Made by a program: the position numbers and the translations under genes
Assembly (NCBI GenBank): GCA_002269645.1
Contig: NIVC01004828.1
Span: 1 to 34,063, forward strand
Direction of reading: 5' to 3'
DNA: 34,063 nt
Source of the DNA: Macrostomum lignano
Taxonomy: Eukaryota
The notes under the pieces: generated by a model
Told to the model about the DNA's origin: nothing
Databases searched by the model: none
The model's input: the letters and a program-made list of their open reading frames with translations, nothing else
Part shown: one piece after another, positions 33,321 to 34,063 of the stretch
Layout of the letters: the number at the start of each line of letters is the position of its first letter
How positions within the stretch are numbered: position 1 is the first letter of the stretch

Positions 33321-34063
33321 ACTATAGGCTCATTCATATCAATATATTGGCTGACACTTCCAAATTTGGAGACCAAACTTTCTTTACTAATATATTTCAA
33401 TAAACTGACTACACTCATGTTATATATAGATTATATAGGAAAATTCAAAAAAGAAAAAAGAAGAGGCATAGTCATATAGCAGCATTAATGCATACTTAGT
33501 CTCAATATATAGCATAGCACAGGCAGACAAGCACAAGCAGATTGGTTAGACTAATCATTACTGTTCAATTTTGTATTAAGTTTGCATTATTTCCCCTATT
33601 TTATTTTAATCATATAGCCTAAATTTTAGTATATTTTATATATATTAAAAAGTTAAAATGGATAGAGCATCTTCAATTTTCTGGCTACAAGTATAGGCCC
33701 TAACCCTTAATTGAATTTAAGTCTTATAAGTCTATACTAAATAAGCTAAATATATGTTTATTATTGATTTTTTTATGGATTAATCTTTGTGCGACATGTT
33801 TTGCCAAACAATTGGCATCTTCAGGCAATAATATTGATGCAAAGAGATGGTAAATTTTTAAGTCTAGTAAGCCAAAATGATGCAAGTATGGGTATGCAGA
33901 GTTAGTTGGCCCTAAATAAGAGGCAAGCACATAGGGTTAGAACACTTTTAGATAGACACTCGCCCTCTACCACCAAGTTAGATGTTCATGGTGGGCTTTA
34001 GCTATTTAATGTACAATGCCTCAAGAGTAGACAACTTCATACTCTGGCAGTTACAATCGATAA

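Noticed and set aside
33305-33418. N-terminal 38 aa of ORF 32753-33418
   Set aside because: It lies outside the LINE boundary (TSD at 33305-33316) and derives from the hAT TIR and flanking DNA that happen to be in frame.

Overview
Animal genomic DNA with GC-rich coding exons, AT-rich or satellite-filled introns and GT-AG splicing. The style suggests a free-living flatworm such as Macrostomum, but that is inference only. Left to right: the first three coding exons of a non-muscle myosin II heavy chain (-); an intronless Hsp70 with TATA box and two perfect heat-shock elements (-), whose PTVEEVD tail is out of frame; and a single-exon coiled-coil gene (-). The main find is a 6,073-bp mini Polinton/Maverick (adintovirus-like) element at 12967-19039. 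It has ~520-bp terminal inverted repeats starting AGTAG and a 6-bp target-site duplication (TTTCAT). It encodes an intact retroviral-type integrase, a parvovirus-type PLA2, a pX/'GasderminX'-like membrane peptide, a half penton and orphan ORFs, but no pPolB, major capsid, packaging ATPase or protease. After it come a tRNA-Asp(GTC), two tandem divergent TNF-ligand-like type II membrane genes reconstructed here by manual splicing (one with an intronic array of kappaB-like sites), and a non-autonomous hAT element (8-bp TSD) with a 5'-truncated RNase H-bearing LINE inserted inside its right TIR (12-bp TSD). Many micro- and minisatellites generate spurious ORFs. Several frameshifts sit in homopolymer runs and may be sequencing errors. 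Protein family calls rest on motif recognition by eye, not database searches.
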